64,000 nt of DNA from Candidatus Bathyarchaeota archaeon (GTDB taxonomy: Archaea > Thermoproteota > Bathyarchaeia > Bathyarchaeales > Bathycorpusculaceae): contig CAVYHV010000009.1 of the NCBI GenBank assembly GCA_963768425.1, positions 1 to 64,000 of the forward strand, written 5' to 3'. Every line of letters begins with the position of its first letter. Positions within the stretch are counted from its first letter, which is position 1. The notes beneath the pieces were generated by a model. It was given only the letters and a program-made list of their open reading frames with translations. It made no database searches and was not told the origin of the DNA. A program made the position numbers and the translations under genes. Below are positions 52,538 to 61,831 of the stretch, in pieces.

Positions 52538-54610
52538 TTAGTTTAGGTCGATTTCTGCTATTTGCGTCAGGTCTGTTAGGCTGTACAGTTTGACTTCGCT
52601 GTTTGATACTGTGTAGAGTGTGTTGCCGATGTAGAGTGAGCGTGTTATGACGTCGTTTTGGATGTCATAGTAACTTGCGCTTTCGTTATAGAATCCTTGT
52701 TTGTCCAGGTACGTTGAGTTCAGGTTCGTCACGGTGCCTTTAAGAGTGAATCCGCCTGTTGGGTTAACATTGAAGACGTATGCTCCCTGCCAGATCTCCT
52801 CGTTCATGATGAATATTGGCGGACTAACGATTGACGTAGACCCTGTGGAAGATCCTGAAGCTCCGGTGGCTGGCACTGGAACCGTGGAACTGCCAGGTAC
52901 GGTTGATGTTTGTTCATAGTTTGTTATTGAAACAGGGATGACAAGCAGCTGCTTTTCTAGGCTGAAGAGGAATGCGTGGGGGTCATTTTGCGCTGTTGAA
53001 GACGTGTAGTTGCCGGGGACGACGTAGTTAGCTACTTCTGTTGGATTGTTTATGTTTGAGACGTCGAAGAGGGAGAGCTTGAGGTTGATGTTTTCGCTCC
53101 CGTTTTCGATGGTGGTTTGTGATCCTACTCCGATTACGTGGGTTGCGTCATACGGGTAAAGATAGCTTGAGTAGCCTGGAATTTTCAGTTCGCCTGCAAC
53201 TGTGGGTGCCTGCGGGTTGCTGAGGTCAATTACGAAGAACGGGTCAGTTTGATGGAACGTTACGAGGTAACATGTGTCGTCTATGAAGCGGGCAGCATAG
53301 ATGTTTTCTCCTGGCGCCATGTTTTCCAGTTTGCCGACGACAGTCATATTCATGTTCAGCACGTAAAGGTTGTTTTGCTCATTTTGTGATAGGAATGAAC
53401 CGGATGAGGTTGTGGTTGCTACTCTAAAGTAGCCGTTGTACTCGTCCATGGAGTATTGATTGATGATGTAGCCTGGCACTGAACCTTGGGCTTGGAAGTT
53501 TAGATTTTGACCGTTGATTCCTACGCGGTAAATTGTTGTTGCGTCTTGGCTGTTTTGGTTAGGGCAGGTTATGTACATGTTGTCTTGGGAAACGTACATG
53601 TTGCTTGTGCCGCCCATCATGATCGTCATGTTTGATGGCGCCTGGGAAGCGTCTGCAATGTTTAGGCCGACAAACGTGGTATATGTGAAGTAGGTGTCGT
53701 TTAGGTCCGTATAGTAAATGCTAGTAGGCATAATGGTTGAGGATGAAGCGTTATTGTAGACGGTTGGCAAGACAACTGTCCCGTTGTACAAGTTTGCGGG
53801 TTGGCTGATAACCACGTAAACTTCGTTGCCTATCATTCTAGAGTCAAAGTAGCTCCCACTCATCGTGTAATTATACTCGAGAATCGGCGATGCCTTGTTC
53901 GTTACGTCGTAGATGTAAACGAAGCTCGAAACCCCGTAATTAGCGTAACCAGGGTAAAACGGCGTTTGACCGCCCGCAATCATAACCATCGGATAAGCAA
54001 TCAAGTTGCCGTAGTTGCTGCCCACGACGGCCAAGGTGTTGCCATTTTGACTTAGGTACATGCCAGCCAGACTCGTGTTGTTTCCCAAATTAATCTTCGA
54101 AACCACCGCTGGATCCTGCGCATTTGCGTTCACAATGTAAACATTATTTTGGGATTGTGCAGTCCAGTCCTGATTTACAACATAGATGTACTGGCCATCA
54201 GTTTTAACCGTGTCAGCTTCATCAACACCTGCAACTTGAACGTTCGTGGTCGAGTAGCTGGAAGGCTGGTTAGCGCCGTTTGAAGCTCCCGTGACTGACG
54301 CATAGGATGGGGCGACTAAACCTGTTCCCGTGGGACTTGGAACTCCCGCTGTACCATAGTATTGGGCATCTAAGGGTCCGCCTGTGAAGGTGTTGGAAAC
54401 TTTTGCGTTAGCCGTTAGGAAATTCTTCATTTCAGCGATGGATGTGAAGACTTTCAGGGGCGAAACGTTTGAGTTTGAAACGAGAACTGTTGTTTGGTTG
54501 CCAATAGTGTAAATTGCCGACACAAGCACGACGGCTGAAAGAATTGCGATTAATGCGTAGATTCTTGTTTTCTTCTTTATTTCTTTTTGAACCATACTCT
54601 TTATCTCCAA
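52538..54610 (-). CDS. Secreted beta-propeller domain protein (Beta_propel family)
   Basis: YSTTNVQVAGVDEADTVKTDG, NQYSMDEY, YLVTFHQTDPFFVIDL, GELKIPGYSSYL. Confidence 0.88.
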   Translation of the reverse strand: MEIKSMVQKEIKKKTRIYALIAILSAVVLVSAIYTIGNQTTVLVSNSNVSPLKVFTSIAEMKNFLTANAKVSNTFTGGPLDAQYYGTAGVPSPTGTGLVAPSYASVTGASNGANQPSSYSTTNVQVAGVDEADTVKTDGQYIYVVNQDWTAQSQNNVYIVNANAQDPAVVSKINLGNNTSLAGMYLSQNGNTLAVVGSNYGNLIAYPMVMIAGGQTPFYPGYANYGVSSFVYIYDVTNKASPILEYNYTMSGSYFDSRMIGNEVYVVISQPANLYNGTVVLPTVYNNASSSTIMPTSIYYTDLNDTYFTYTTFVGLNIADASQAPSNMTIMMGGTSNMYVSQDNMYITCPNQNSQDATTIYRVGINGQNLNFQAQGSVPGYIINQYSMDEYNGYFRVATTTSSGSFLSQNEQNNLYVLNMNMTVVGKLENMAPGENIYAARFIDDTCYLVTFHQTDPFFVIDLSNPQAPTVAGELKIPGYSSYLYPYDATHVIGVGSQTTIENGSENINLKLSLFDVSNINNPTEVANYVVPGNYTSSTAQNDPHAFLFSLEKQLLVIPVSITNYEQTSTVPGSSTVPVPATGASGSSTGSTSIVSPPIFIMNEEIWQGAYVFNVNPTGGFTLKGTVTNLNSTYLDKQGFYNESASYYDIQNDVITRSLYIGNTLYTVSNSEVKLYSLTDLTQIAEIDLN

Positions 54611-54648
54611 TTAGGCTAAATGGCGGCTTGTTATTTGATGCTAAGCAC

Positions 54649-54666
54649 GCGAACACCTGTTCTAAA
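54649..54666. promoter_or_regulatory. Putative operator GAACA-N2-TGTTC / TTAGAACAG motif
   Basis: gcGAACAccTGTTCtaaa upstream of the beta-propeller gene; same 9-mer at 55170 and 55222. Confidence 0.4.
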
Positions 54667-54668
54667 TG

Positions 54669-55115
54669 TTAGAATGGTCGCATGTTCCATATTCGATAAG
54701 CCTCATACCAGAAAACGGCGCATACTATTGCTCCAAAGGAGAGAATGAATAAGTTGCTGCGGGTAAAACCGTCGAACAGGACCGCCACGTAAAGAGCAAG
54801 GAACACAGTTGAGAACAACGCGTAGAAGAAGTATCTTGGGAAAAGCAGCCTACCTAACTTTACGAAGTGGCGAACTACGCCTATCTTTACTTCGCCAACC
54901 AGCAAGTAGCGACCACTAACCTCATCTTTCTGAACCAAACCCAGCTCACGTAGCTGTTCCAAATGATGGAAAGCGATACTGGGACTGCTAAAATGAAGGG
55001 CACGCTGGACCTCACGGACCCCTGACGGACCGCTGTTTTTGAGCAGAAACCAATAAACCTGCCAGGCTTTGCCTCGCAAAGAGTACTCAAGCTCAGTTCC
55101 GTCACTACTACTCAA
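54669..55115 (-). CDS. Membrane-anchored wHTH transcription regulator
   Basis: GVREVQRALHFSSPSIAFHHLEQLRELGLV plus two C-terminal TM helices. Confidence 0.8.
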   Translation of the reverse strand: MSSSDGTELEYSLRGKAWQVYWFLLKNSGPSGVREVQRALHFSSPSIAFHHLEQLRELGLVQKDEVSGRYLLVGEVKIGVVRHFVKLGRLLFPRYFFYALFSTVFLALYVAVLFDGFTRSNLFILSFGAIVCAVFWYEAYRIWNMRPF

Positions 55116-55297
55116 TCAGCTAAACCCTCAACGGAACATACTACAGGCAGGTGCATATAAGTCCAAGCATTAGAACAGATCTGCAATTGTATTTTTTGCA
55201 GAGGAGTAAGCGAATCAAAGTTTAGAACAGCAATTAAATAGGATTTCGGCAAATACAAATAATATCTTTGAGACTCGTTAAATCTTTGAATCAGACG

Positions 55298-55675
55298 TTA
55301 AGGTATTTTTTTGATTTGTGTTTTTACTTTTACAGACCCATTTTCTTTAGCCATGCACTCTATTATTTTTGAGCACATGATACATTCTTCGGGCATTTGC
55401 TCTTTATGTTCTTTTTCGCTCATGTAACCAAAATAATGTTTGCAATCGGATAATTTCTCTAGGTTTTGACTGGTTTTGTCTTCAAGTACGTCAATTTCGG
55501 CAACATTTTTTGTTTGCGGATTTTTGCTTTCATTTTCCGTAATTTCTGTCAAGCAGTATGGGCATGCGTTATAGGACTTTTTTGAGCTTTGCTGGAGGTT
55601 TAATGTTGTTAGTGGTTTAGCGATAACCTTATTGCATTCATTATTGGGGCAAGTTAGCTTTACATTTGTTTCCAT
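55298..55675 (-). CDS. Cys-rich hypothetical protein (two zinc-binding clusters)
   Basis: CPNNEC...CPYC and C-HYFGY...CIMC...C. Confidence 0.65.
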   Translation of the reverse strand: METNVKLTCPNNECNKVIAKPLTTLNLQQSSKKSYNACPYCLTEITENESKNPQTKNVAEIDVLEDKTSQNLEKLSDCKHYFGYMSEKEHKEQMPEECIMCSKIIECMAKENGSVKVKTQIKKIP

Positions 55676-55995
55676 TTTTCTTCACCTTGGTTGAATCTGT
55701 CCTGAAGGAAATCACATACATATTAGTACTATGTATAGTGCATATTAATATATAATATTTACTATAGTTTTCAAAGCTATTAAACTCTTTACATCTTCAG
55801 TAAAAGTGTATTGTTCTCATTTTTTAGCATAAAACATTCAAATTAATGTGATTCTAGACTCGAGCATGCCTCAAATAGGTCCAAAAGCCCCGTCTTCGAA
55901 TTCAAAAAACATCAAAGATAATCTGCAGAAGTATATACTCATGATATAAGCGCTTAAACTCTTCTTCAGTCAGTTTACGTACAAGGCGTCTGTGC

Positions 55996-56304
55996 ATGTC
56001 ATCTAATTTAGAAAATAATGAAGCAATTAAAGAAAACATTACTGAACAAACCCAAATCAAATTCATAAGGTGCCCTGATTGTGGTGAAAAAATCCTTATG
56101 TCTCCAACTTTAGGAGAAATGATTGAAGCCATTGACCATCATGTGAGCATGCATAGAAAGGAATCAAGTGCTGACGTACCAGCGGCTCACTTAAAAACGC
56201 CAAGTATATGTATGGATTTAACTAAGCAAGTCTTACAACGCGCTTCCGACATGATAGATGCCGACGTGGTGGATGCCCGTCAAAAGCCTTCGCTTTGGAT
56301 TTAA
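55996..56304 (+). CDS. Small CCHH zinc-binding protein
   Basis: RCPDCGEKILMSPTLGEMIEAIDHHVSMH; paralog of 15932-16198. Confidence 0.65.
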   Translation: MSSNLENNEAIKENITEQTQIKFIRCPDCGEKILMSPTLGEMIEAIDHHVSMHRKESSADVPAAHLKTPSICMDLTKQVLQRASDMIDADVVDARQKPSLWI

Positions 56305-56340
56305 AGCTAACCCATGTGTTGAATGCTCATTTCTAGCTGA

Positions 56341-58632
56341 TTAGTATCCTGCTATGCTCTTTTGTTTTTGTTGCTGAACGGCGTTGTAGATTGATTGCGT
56401 CGTGAAGCCTTCGAAACTTAGCAGGTTCGCTGCAGCAGAGTAAAGCAGAAGCAGGTATTTTTGGGTGTCAGGTTCTATGCCCTTTTCAATCAGTTGCGCT
56501 GCCTTAACTCTCCTGTCATGACGCTTGGCCTTAGAATGCGTGAATACGAACCTTATACTATTTCCAGCATGTACTTCCGCGCCCTCCTTGATTAGCTGTT
56601 CTGCAGCTATGACCTGGCTAACGTGTTGGTGGTATCGCTCCGGGTTTATTGACATGCGTTTAGTTATAATCAGATCACCAATCGGCATATCTCCATCTAA
56701 CAGTTTTTGTCGATAACGATTCACAACATCTAAAGCAGATGAAATTCTCTGGCGAAGTTCAGCCGTATTGTTCGCTGCGGCAAGCGTGTTAATCATTTCT
56801 GTTTGGGCGTCAAAAACAAATCTTGGGGTATCCCTTCGCCGGATTTCTAAGCCGCGTATTTTGATTTTGCCGTTTTCCATTACCCCGTAATAGCGGTTCA
56901 ATACGCCTATACGCGGATGAGTTTTAGAAGGCAGGAAAACGATCCATTTGTAGCGTCCTTCAAAGTTAATTGGTACACCGGACTGCGCAGTTATTATTTT
57001 GCAGAGGTCTTCGTAGTCTTCCAAGCTGGCGCTAGGTTTTTTGAGCCAAAGTGAATCCACAATGCCATGGATAACTTCAAACCCATGCTCCTCTGCGGTA
57101 TGAGATGCATTAAGCAGGGCTTCTCTGCCAAACGCGCAAACTCCAATGTGCCCGTCTACTGTGCCGAATTTTGCGTTTTTGTAACCTAAGTACCCAAAGC
57201 ATGTGACTAAAATCCATTTGAGTGCACTCTGTCGGTTATCGTAGACTTCTCTTAGATGTGGGTCAGGATATTCGTCTTTCATTTTCTTGTAATAGAGTCG
57301 TTTGTCTACGACGAATCTTAGTGTTTTGGGAACTATGCCCGTGCGTTTTATGCATATGTGATAGTTTAGTTCTGGGATGCGTTTGGTCGAATCTGAGCAG
57401 CATTTGCAGAGAACGGTTTCGGCTGATATGTTGTTTTTTGCCATTATAAATGGGTACATGCTGCTAAAGTCTACTTCGCCAACATAGTCGTGTGCACCTA
57501 CTTTGGGTTCATAAACAAATCCTCCCCGATCGCCTACCAGAAGATCATAAGCGGATTTGAAGGCTTCAGGTATACTTTTGTTTCGTGGAATCAACACATC
57601 ATCCTTTATGGCCTGATAGAATTGGAGAGAGGACATGCTCGAGCCTATGGAGTTGCGTGCAGCAGTGTGAAGTGGTACTCGACAAGTTCTTGCAATCTCT
57701 ATTAATCCATCGAACCCTGCCTCGGATAAAACGAACGTGTTGTTTTCATCGATATGGATTCTTCCGTAAAGCCGAATGGGTCCAGCTCGATAGAAGGTGC
57801 GCCCGTAAGAGAAGAATGTTTTACCTGAAGGAGTTTTCGTGGAAAATGGCGTTCCGTCTCTGCTTAGAGTGAAGTTGTCAATGACGTTGTTTAGGGTTGC
57901 TCGCTCTGTGAGGTAAGGAAAAACGTATGAATCGCCCCCTGTAGTCACTAAGAAGTCTGGGTCAAGCTCTATGACTGTCTTAGCGAGTTGGTGAAGTTTT
58001 TCTGCTTCGTCGCCTGCGTCGATTCGTATTTTTTCTTGGCCTTGATTCATCAAAATTGTGCCTATGGGGTCGTTGAATGCTGCGATTTTACTTTTCTTAG
58101 CAATTTCTATTTCCAATTTCATAACTCGTAACGGTGGAATGGCATAATCCATGCTGGCTACTGAATCAAGCAAAGTGTACTGAAGACCCGTTTTTTCAAC
58201 TTTAACTTCTACAAATGCAAGGGGGAAGATGTCGTGGCTAAAAAAGTACGCTCGATCTCCTTTCAGGTCGCAGTTAGAAACCTGATATCGCATGTAGTCG
58301 CCCAACCTTAGAATGGTATTGGCCAGGCTCTGTGTTCGTCTGCAGTCTTTGAGTTCAAGTTCTAGAACTTTGCTTTTTTCTGAATCTGTGGGCTGGGCAT
58401 ACTTGTACGTAAAGCTCCACTTGGCCACATCGGAGTTATTGTAGAGATGACCTATTACCGGTTCAATACTGTCTAGTTTGGATGAAACGTAAATTTTAGG
58501 GTGAAACTTATCGATTAAACGGATTCTTTGGCCTACTTCGCTAATTATCCAGACAGTGATTTCCCCTTCGTTTGATGGATAAGCATCAAATATCCAACCT
58601 TTGACTTTACATGGACTGTTAATTGTAAGCAT
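56341..58632 (-). CDS. polB2: Family B DNA polymerase, PolB2 group
   Basis: DRGG, DFSSMYP, KWILVTCFGYLG, HGIVDSLW (PolB2-type motif C), NRYYG, RGLEIRRRD. Confidence 0.88.
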   Translation of the reverse strand: MLTINSPCKVKGWIFDAYPSNEGEITVWIISEVGQRIRLIDKFHPKIYVSSKLDSIEPVIGHLYNNSDVAKWSFTYKYAQPTDSEKSKVLELELKDCRRTQSLANTILRLGDYMRYQVSNCDLKGDRAYFFSHDIFPLAFVEVKVEKTGLQYTLLDSVASMDYAIPPLRVMKLEIEIAKKSKIAAFNDPIGTILMNQGQEKIRIDAGDEAEKLHQLAKTVIELDPDFLVTTGGDSYVFPYLTERATLNNVIDNFTLSRDGTPFSTKTPSGKTFFSYGRTFYRAGPIRLYGRIHIDENNTFVLSEAGFDGLIEIARTCRVPLHTAARNSIGSSMSSLQFYQAIKDDVLIPRNKSIPEAFKSAYDLLVGDRGGFVYEPKVGAHDYVGEVDFSSMYPFIMAKNNISAETVLCKCCSDSTKRIPELNYHICIKRTGIVPKTLRFVVDKRLYYKKMKDEYPDPHLREVYDNRQSALKWILVTCFGYLGYKNAKFGTVDGHIGVCAFGREALLNASHTAEEHGFEVIHGIVDSLWLKKPSASLEDYEDLCKIITAQSGVPINFEGRYKWIVFLPSKTHPRIGVLNRYYGVMENGKIKIRGLEIRRRDTPRFVFDAQTEMINTLAAANNTAELRQRISSALDVVNRYRQKLLDGDMPIGDLIITKRMSINPERYHQHVSQVIAAEQLIKEGAEVHAGNSIRFVFTHSKAKRHDRRVKAAQLIEKGIEPDTQKYLLLLYSAAANLLSFEGFTTQSIYNAVQQQKQKSIAGY

Positions 58633-58886
58633 TCAAATCCTCCGAGCGTCTGAAGGCGCGCTTTAATTTTTTCTTTGATAGTAACCAAAGGACTTGCGCT
58701 TATTCTCAAAATCCTTTAAAAAATATTTGCCGAAACGACTACTTACCGCAGTGGAGAGTTAAGTGAAAATGGAAAGTTGCTTTTTCATAAGTTTTGTCAT
58801 TAGCGGATTTGGTCTCAGACTTGGAAAAAAGAAAACAGTATAGTAAGAGCTAAGAGCGCCAATAGCTAAAAAGTAATAGGAGATAG

Positions 58887-59015
58887 ATGTCCGAAAACAA
58901 AGTGATTGGCTTTACAGAGTTTTTTGGTAAAGTAAACGCTATAGTTGTTAAAGACGGAAAAGTTGAACTTCAAGAAACCGAGATAGAAAGATGCGATTGT
59001 TGCTGGAAAGACTAG
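58887..59015 (+). CDS. Unannotated 42-aa protein ending in CDCCWKD
   Basis: AGGAGA RBS, ATG 58887, TAG 59013-59015; MSENKVIGFTEFFGKVNAIVVKDGKVELQETEIERCDCCWKD. Confidence 0.6.
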   Translation: MSENKVIGFTEFFGKVNAIVVKDGKVELQETEIERCDCCWKD

Positions 59016-59229
59016 AAAAATTAACATTTCTAACTCTGGGATTAATTTAGTTTTCAATTCCGTTGAACAAGTCCTCTCATGTTAGAACTTTGGGTCTTTA
59101 CCGTAGAACAATGCGGTTTCTGTTCAATCGTCTGATTATATCAGGTTGATGGCGGCTGCTTTTTCATTTATCATTAGTACAGCTGGAATTTGCTTGATTG
59201 TTCTTTTTTCAAATATCCTCAAGAAAAAC

Positions 59230-59420
59230 AAAAATGACCACCTCCGGCTCAAACTGGAAAAAACGATTCCGCCTTGGCAGGTCACGTTAACATGATGCGA
59301 ATAGGGGATAGATGTCATGGCAAGTATGGGGAATACTCGCATCTCGTCAGCGTTGACCCGCCAAGGCAAACTTGACCAGTGGTGAAGGTAGCTGCCTTAT
59401 CGGCAAACCTTAGAAACCCA
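59230..59420 (-). ncRNA. Putative novel rod-like structured RNA (~190 nt)
   Basis: ~33-bp imperfect stem 59271-59303/59334-59367, outer stems to 59237/59392, most mismatches resolve as G-U on minus strand; AT-rich box ~25-30 nt upstream; U-tract right after. Confidence 0.6.
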
Positions 59421-59505
59421 AGCAGAAAATTAAGAGTTGCTCACATAAAATATTTAGAAAACATATAACAGGAAGGTAGCCTCAATTAGGTAGGGTTAAA
59501 AACCC

Positions 59506-60051
59506 ATGAGAAAAATCCTCAAAGTAATCTTAATAGTTATCGTTGTATTAGCGGTTGCCACATTGATTGGCATTGGTCTCTGCTTCTCCGACGTAGCCGC
59601 CTACACAGCAACTGGTTCCAAGACTTTGTTGCCACCCAGCGCTTCGGTGGGAAAAGCGATTGTTGTTTACGATCCCGGATTTTCCGGAGCAGCACATAGC
59701 ATTGCACAGAAAATAGCAAGTGATCTCCAAGCAAAAGGTTACACCGTGACTTTGGCGGGTATAAAAAGTTCTGCCGCAGCTCACACCTCAGGCTACAGTG
59801 TAATCGTCGTTGGAGGACCGATTTACGGCGGAAAACCAACAGGCTCAGTTGACGCCTTTCTCAGAAACCTAAACCCGACGCAAGCAATCAGACTTGGCGT
59901 TTTCGGAAGTGGCAGTTTCAACGTTCCAACCGATAAAGTTGCAGTGCTGCCTAAGAACAGCAATTTAACGATTACTTACTCCACGAAAATATTGTCCAGT
60001 GACATTCAATCCGTCCGCTGTCAAGACTTCGTAAACCAACTACTAAAATAA
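59506..60051 (+). CDS. Membrane-anchored flavodoxin-like protein
   Basis: N-terminal TM; AIVVYDPGFSGAA, IVVGGPIYGG, GVFGSG. Confidence 0.75.
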   Translation: MRKILKVILIVIVVLAVATLIGIGLCFSDVAAYTATGSKTLLPPSASVGKAIVVYDPGFSGAAHSIAQKIASDLQAKGYTVTLAGIKSSAAAHTSGYSVIVVGGPIYGGKPTGSVDAFLRNLNPTQAIRLGVFGSGSFNVPTDKVAVLPKNSNLTITYSTKILSSDIQSVRCQDFVNQLLK

Positions 60052-60074
60052 GATGGCTAAAGATTTTTTGTTTT

Positions 60075-60400
60075 AGTATATAAGATTTCCACGTTAAGAT
60101 TGTGGTATCGTTTCTTGTTAACGGTGATTCTTCCTTCTTGTATAGGCGTCTTTTAGACACCGTTGAAGGCAGGCAAAACAGGTCATACAGTTCTCGCCCT
60201 GGGAAGGCTTGCTACTATTCAGTCTGATGTTGTCCATTGGACAAACTTGCACACATAACCGCATCCCGAGCAGTTGCTATCTGACGCAAAAGCGCATGAT
60301 TTCCATCCACGGAGGGCAACTTCTTTTGTCAGACCAAACGTTTCGGGGTAGTTCATTTTTCAGTAGTTGCTCTATTTTGTCTTCTTTGGCGTCAATCTAA
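60075..60400 (-). pseudogene. Relic of EFR1-type flavodoxin-ferredoxin C-terminus
   Basis: Across frames: NCSGCG..CVQVCPMDNI...ENCMTCFACLQRC...TVNKKRYHN. Confidence 0.6.
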
Positions 60401-60523
60401 AATGAAGTTTTTGACATGAGATCTTTTCATCTAAACTGTGGGGCGCTGATAAGGTAATCTCAAAGATTGTGACGTGCGAAAAGGATTAGTCTTAAGTTCC
60501 ACGTCGTGATCGTTGAGTTAACT

Positions 60524-61648
60524 TCAGTTTGTCGTTAGATGTTGTCCATTGAAGGTAATCGATTGAATTGTTGTTTCGTCAATCTGCACTACATTTTGAG
60601 GAAGAGTTACGTACTCCAAGTTAGGCGCAATCCCTTGACCATCATGTACAACCCACCATAGAAACTGGACAACAGCCGTTGCTTTTGCCTGTGTCATTCC
60701 CGGTACAACATTAAGTTCTTTGTACAGCAGCAAGTAAGTAAAGCTAACTATAGGGTATGCTTGTGGTTCTTTTGCGTTGAGAAGGTTTACGTTCGCCCAG
60801 CTTTGATCGCCTGCGGGCAGACCGGATGATGCAACTGATTGCACAGCATCTTGAATCGAGCTGAGGCTTGGCAAAATCCAATTACCCGCCTGATTCTGAA
60901 CAGCCGCAACTGTCATTTTGTTCTGCAATGCATAAGCAAGTTCAACATAACCAATCATGTACTGAGTACCCTGTACAACTGATGCAACCCCTGGGTTCCC
61001 TTGTGCTCCGATCCCTAAAGGCCAAGCTACCGTTTTCCCTTGTCCCACTGCACTGTTCCAGTCATTGCTTGATGTGCTCAAGTATCCTGTGAAGATGAAA
61101 GTTGTTCCGGAAGCGTCAGAACGGTGGACGATCTGTATAGGTTTGTCTGGGAGCGTTATGCTTGGGTTTATTGTCTGAATTGATGGGTCGTTCCAAACGG
61201 TCACTTTGCCTTGAAAAATGTCAGCGATGATTTTACCAGTGAGGTGTAACCCTGTTGGGATTCCGGGGAGATTGTAGGCAATTGTTACTGCGCCTATAGT
61301 TTCTGGTATGTGAAGAGCATTGGGCGCCTGTTCAGCGTCTGAGGTGCTTAATGGAGCATCTGATGCAGCAAAATCTACTGTTTTGCTTTCCAAATCAGCT
61401 ATCCCTTGTCCGCTGCCTACTCCATCATAATTGACTTGCACGCTAGGTCTTACTTGAGCTGTATATTTTGTGATCATGGCGCTAAGTAATGGTTGTGGAA
61501 ATGTGGCTCCAGCAGCGTTCAAAGTTACGGATTTCTGAGCACTCGGCTGCAATACTGAGACTGAGCCTAAGAAGCCGCTTGCAACAACACTCGCTATTAC
61601 AACAATGATTGCAATAATCGATATGGTGATTACATATTTGGTGTTCAT
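60524..61648 (-). CDS. pstS: Phosphate ABC transporter substrate-binding protein
   Basis: AAGATFPQP, GSGQGI, DFAASDAPL, HRSDASGTT, IGYVELAYA, YPIVSFTY. Confidence 0.93.
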   Translation of the reverse strand: MNTKYVITISIIAIIVVIASVVASGFLGSVSVLQPSAQKSVTLNAAGATFPQPLLSAMITKYTAQVRPSVQVNYDGVGSGQGIADLESKTVDFAASDAPLSTSDAEQAPNALHIPETIGAVTIAYNLPGIPTGLHLTGKIIADIFQGKVTVWNDPSIQTINPSITLPDKPIQIVHRSDASGTTFIFTGYLSTSSNDWNSAVGQGKTVAWPLGIGAQGNPGVASVVQGTQYMIGYVELAYALQNKMTVAAVQNQAGNWILPSLSSIQDAVQSVASSGLPAGDQSWANVNLLNAKEPQAYPIVSFTYLLLYKELNVVPGMTQAKATAVVQFLWWVVHDGQGIAPNLEYVTLPQNVVQIDETTIQSITFNGQHLTTN

Positions 61649-61831
61649 TCTCTATCCCTATCGGTTAACGTAATACTGAATATTACATATAAATCTCTTT
61701 CCGACATAAACTATGGGGTTCAGAAATATTGAATCAAAATATTGTTCCAAGAAACGTAAGCAGTTAATACCCATTAGGAATAGCTAACTCTCGTCAATCA
61801 AAACCTTCACTCATTCCTTGGCGGTCCACTA

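Noticed and set aside
59136-59369. 77-aa ORF over the hairpin, or SRP/RNase P identity for the hairpin
   Set aside because: The ORF has no RBS or recognisable motif and starts inside the stem; the RNA lacks the SRP helix-8 GGAA/AGCAG motif and the RNase P GAGGAAAGUCC motif
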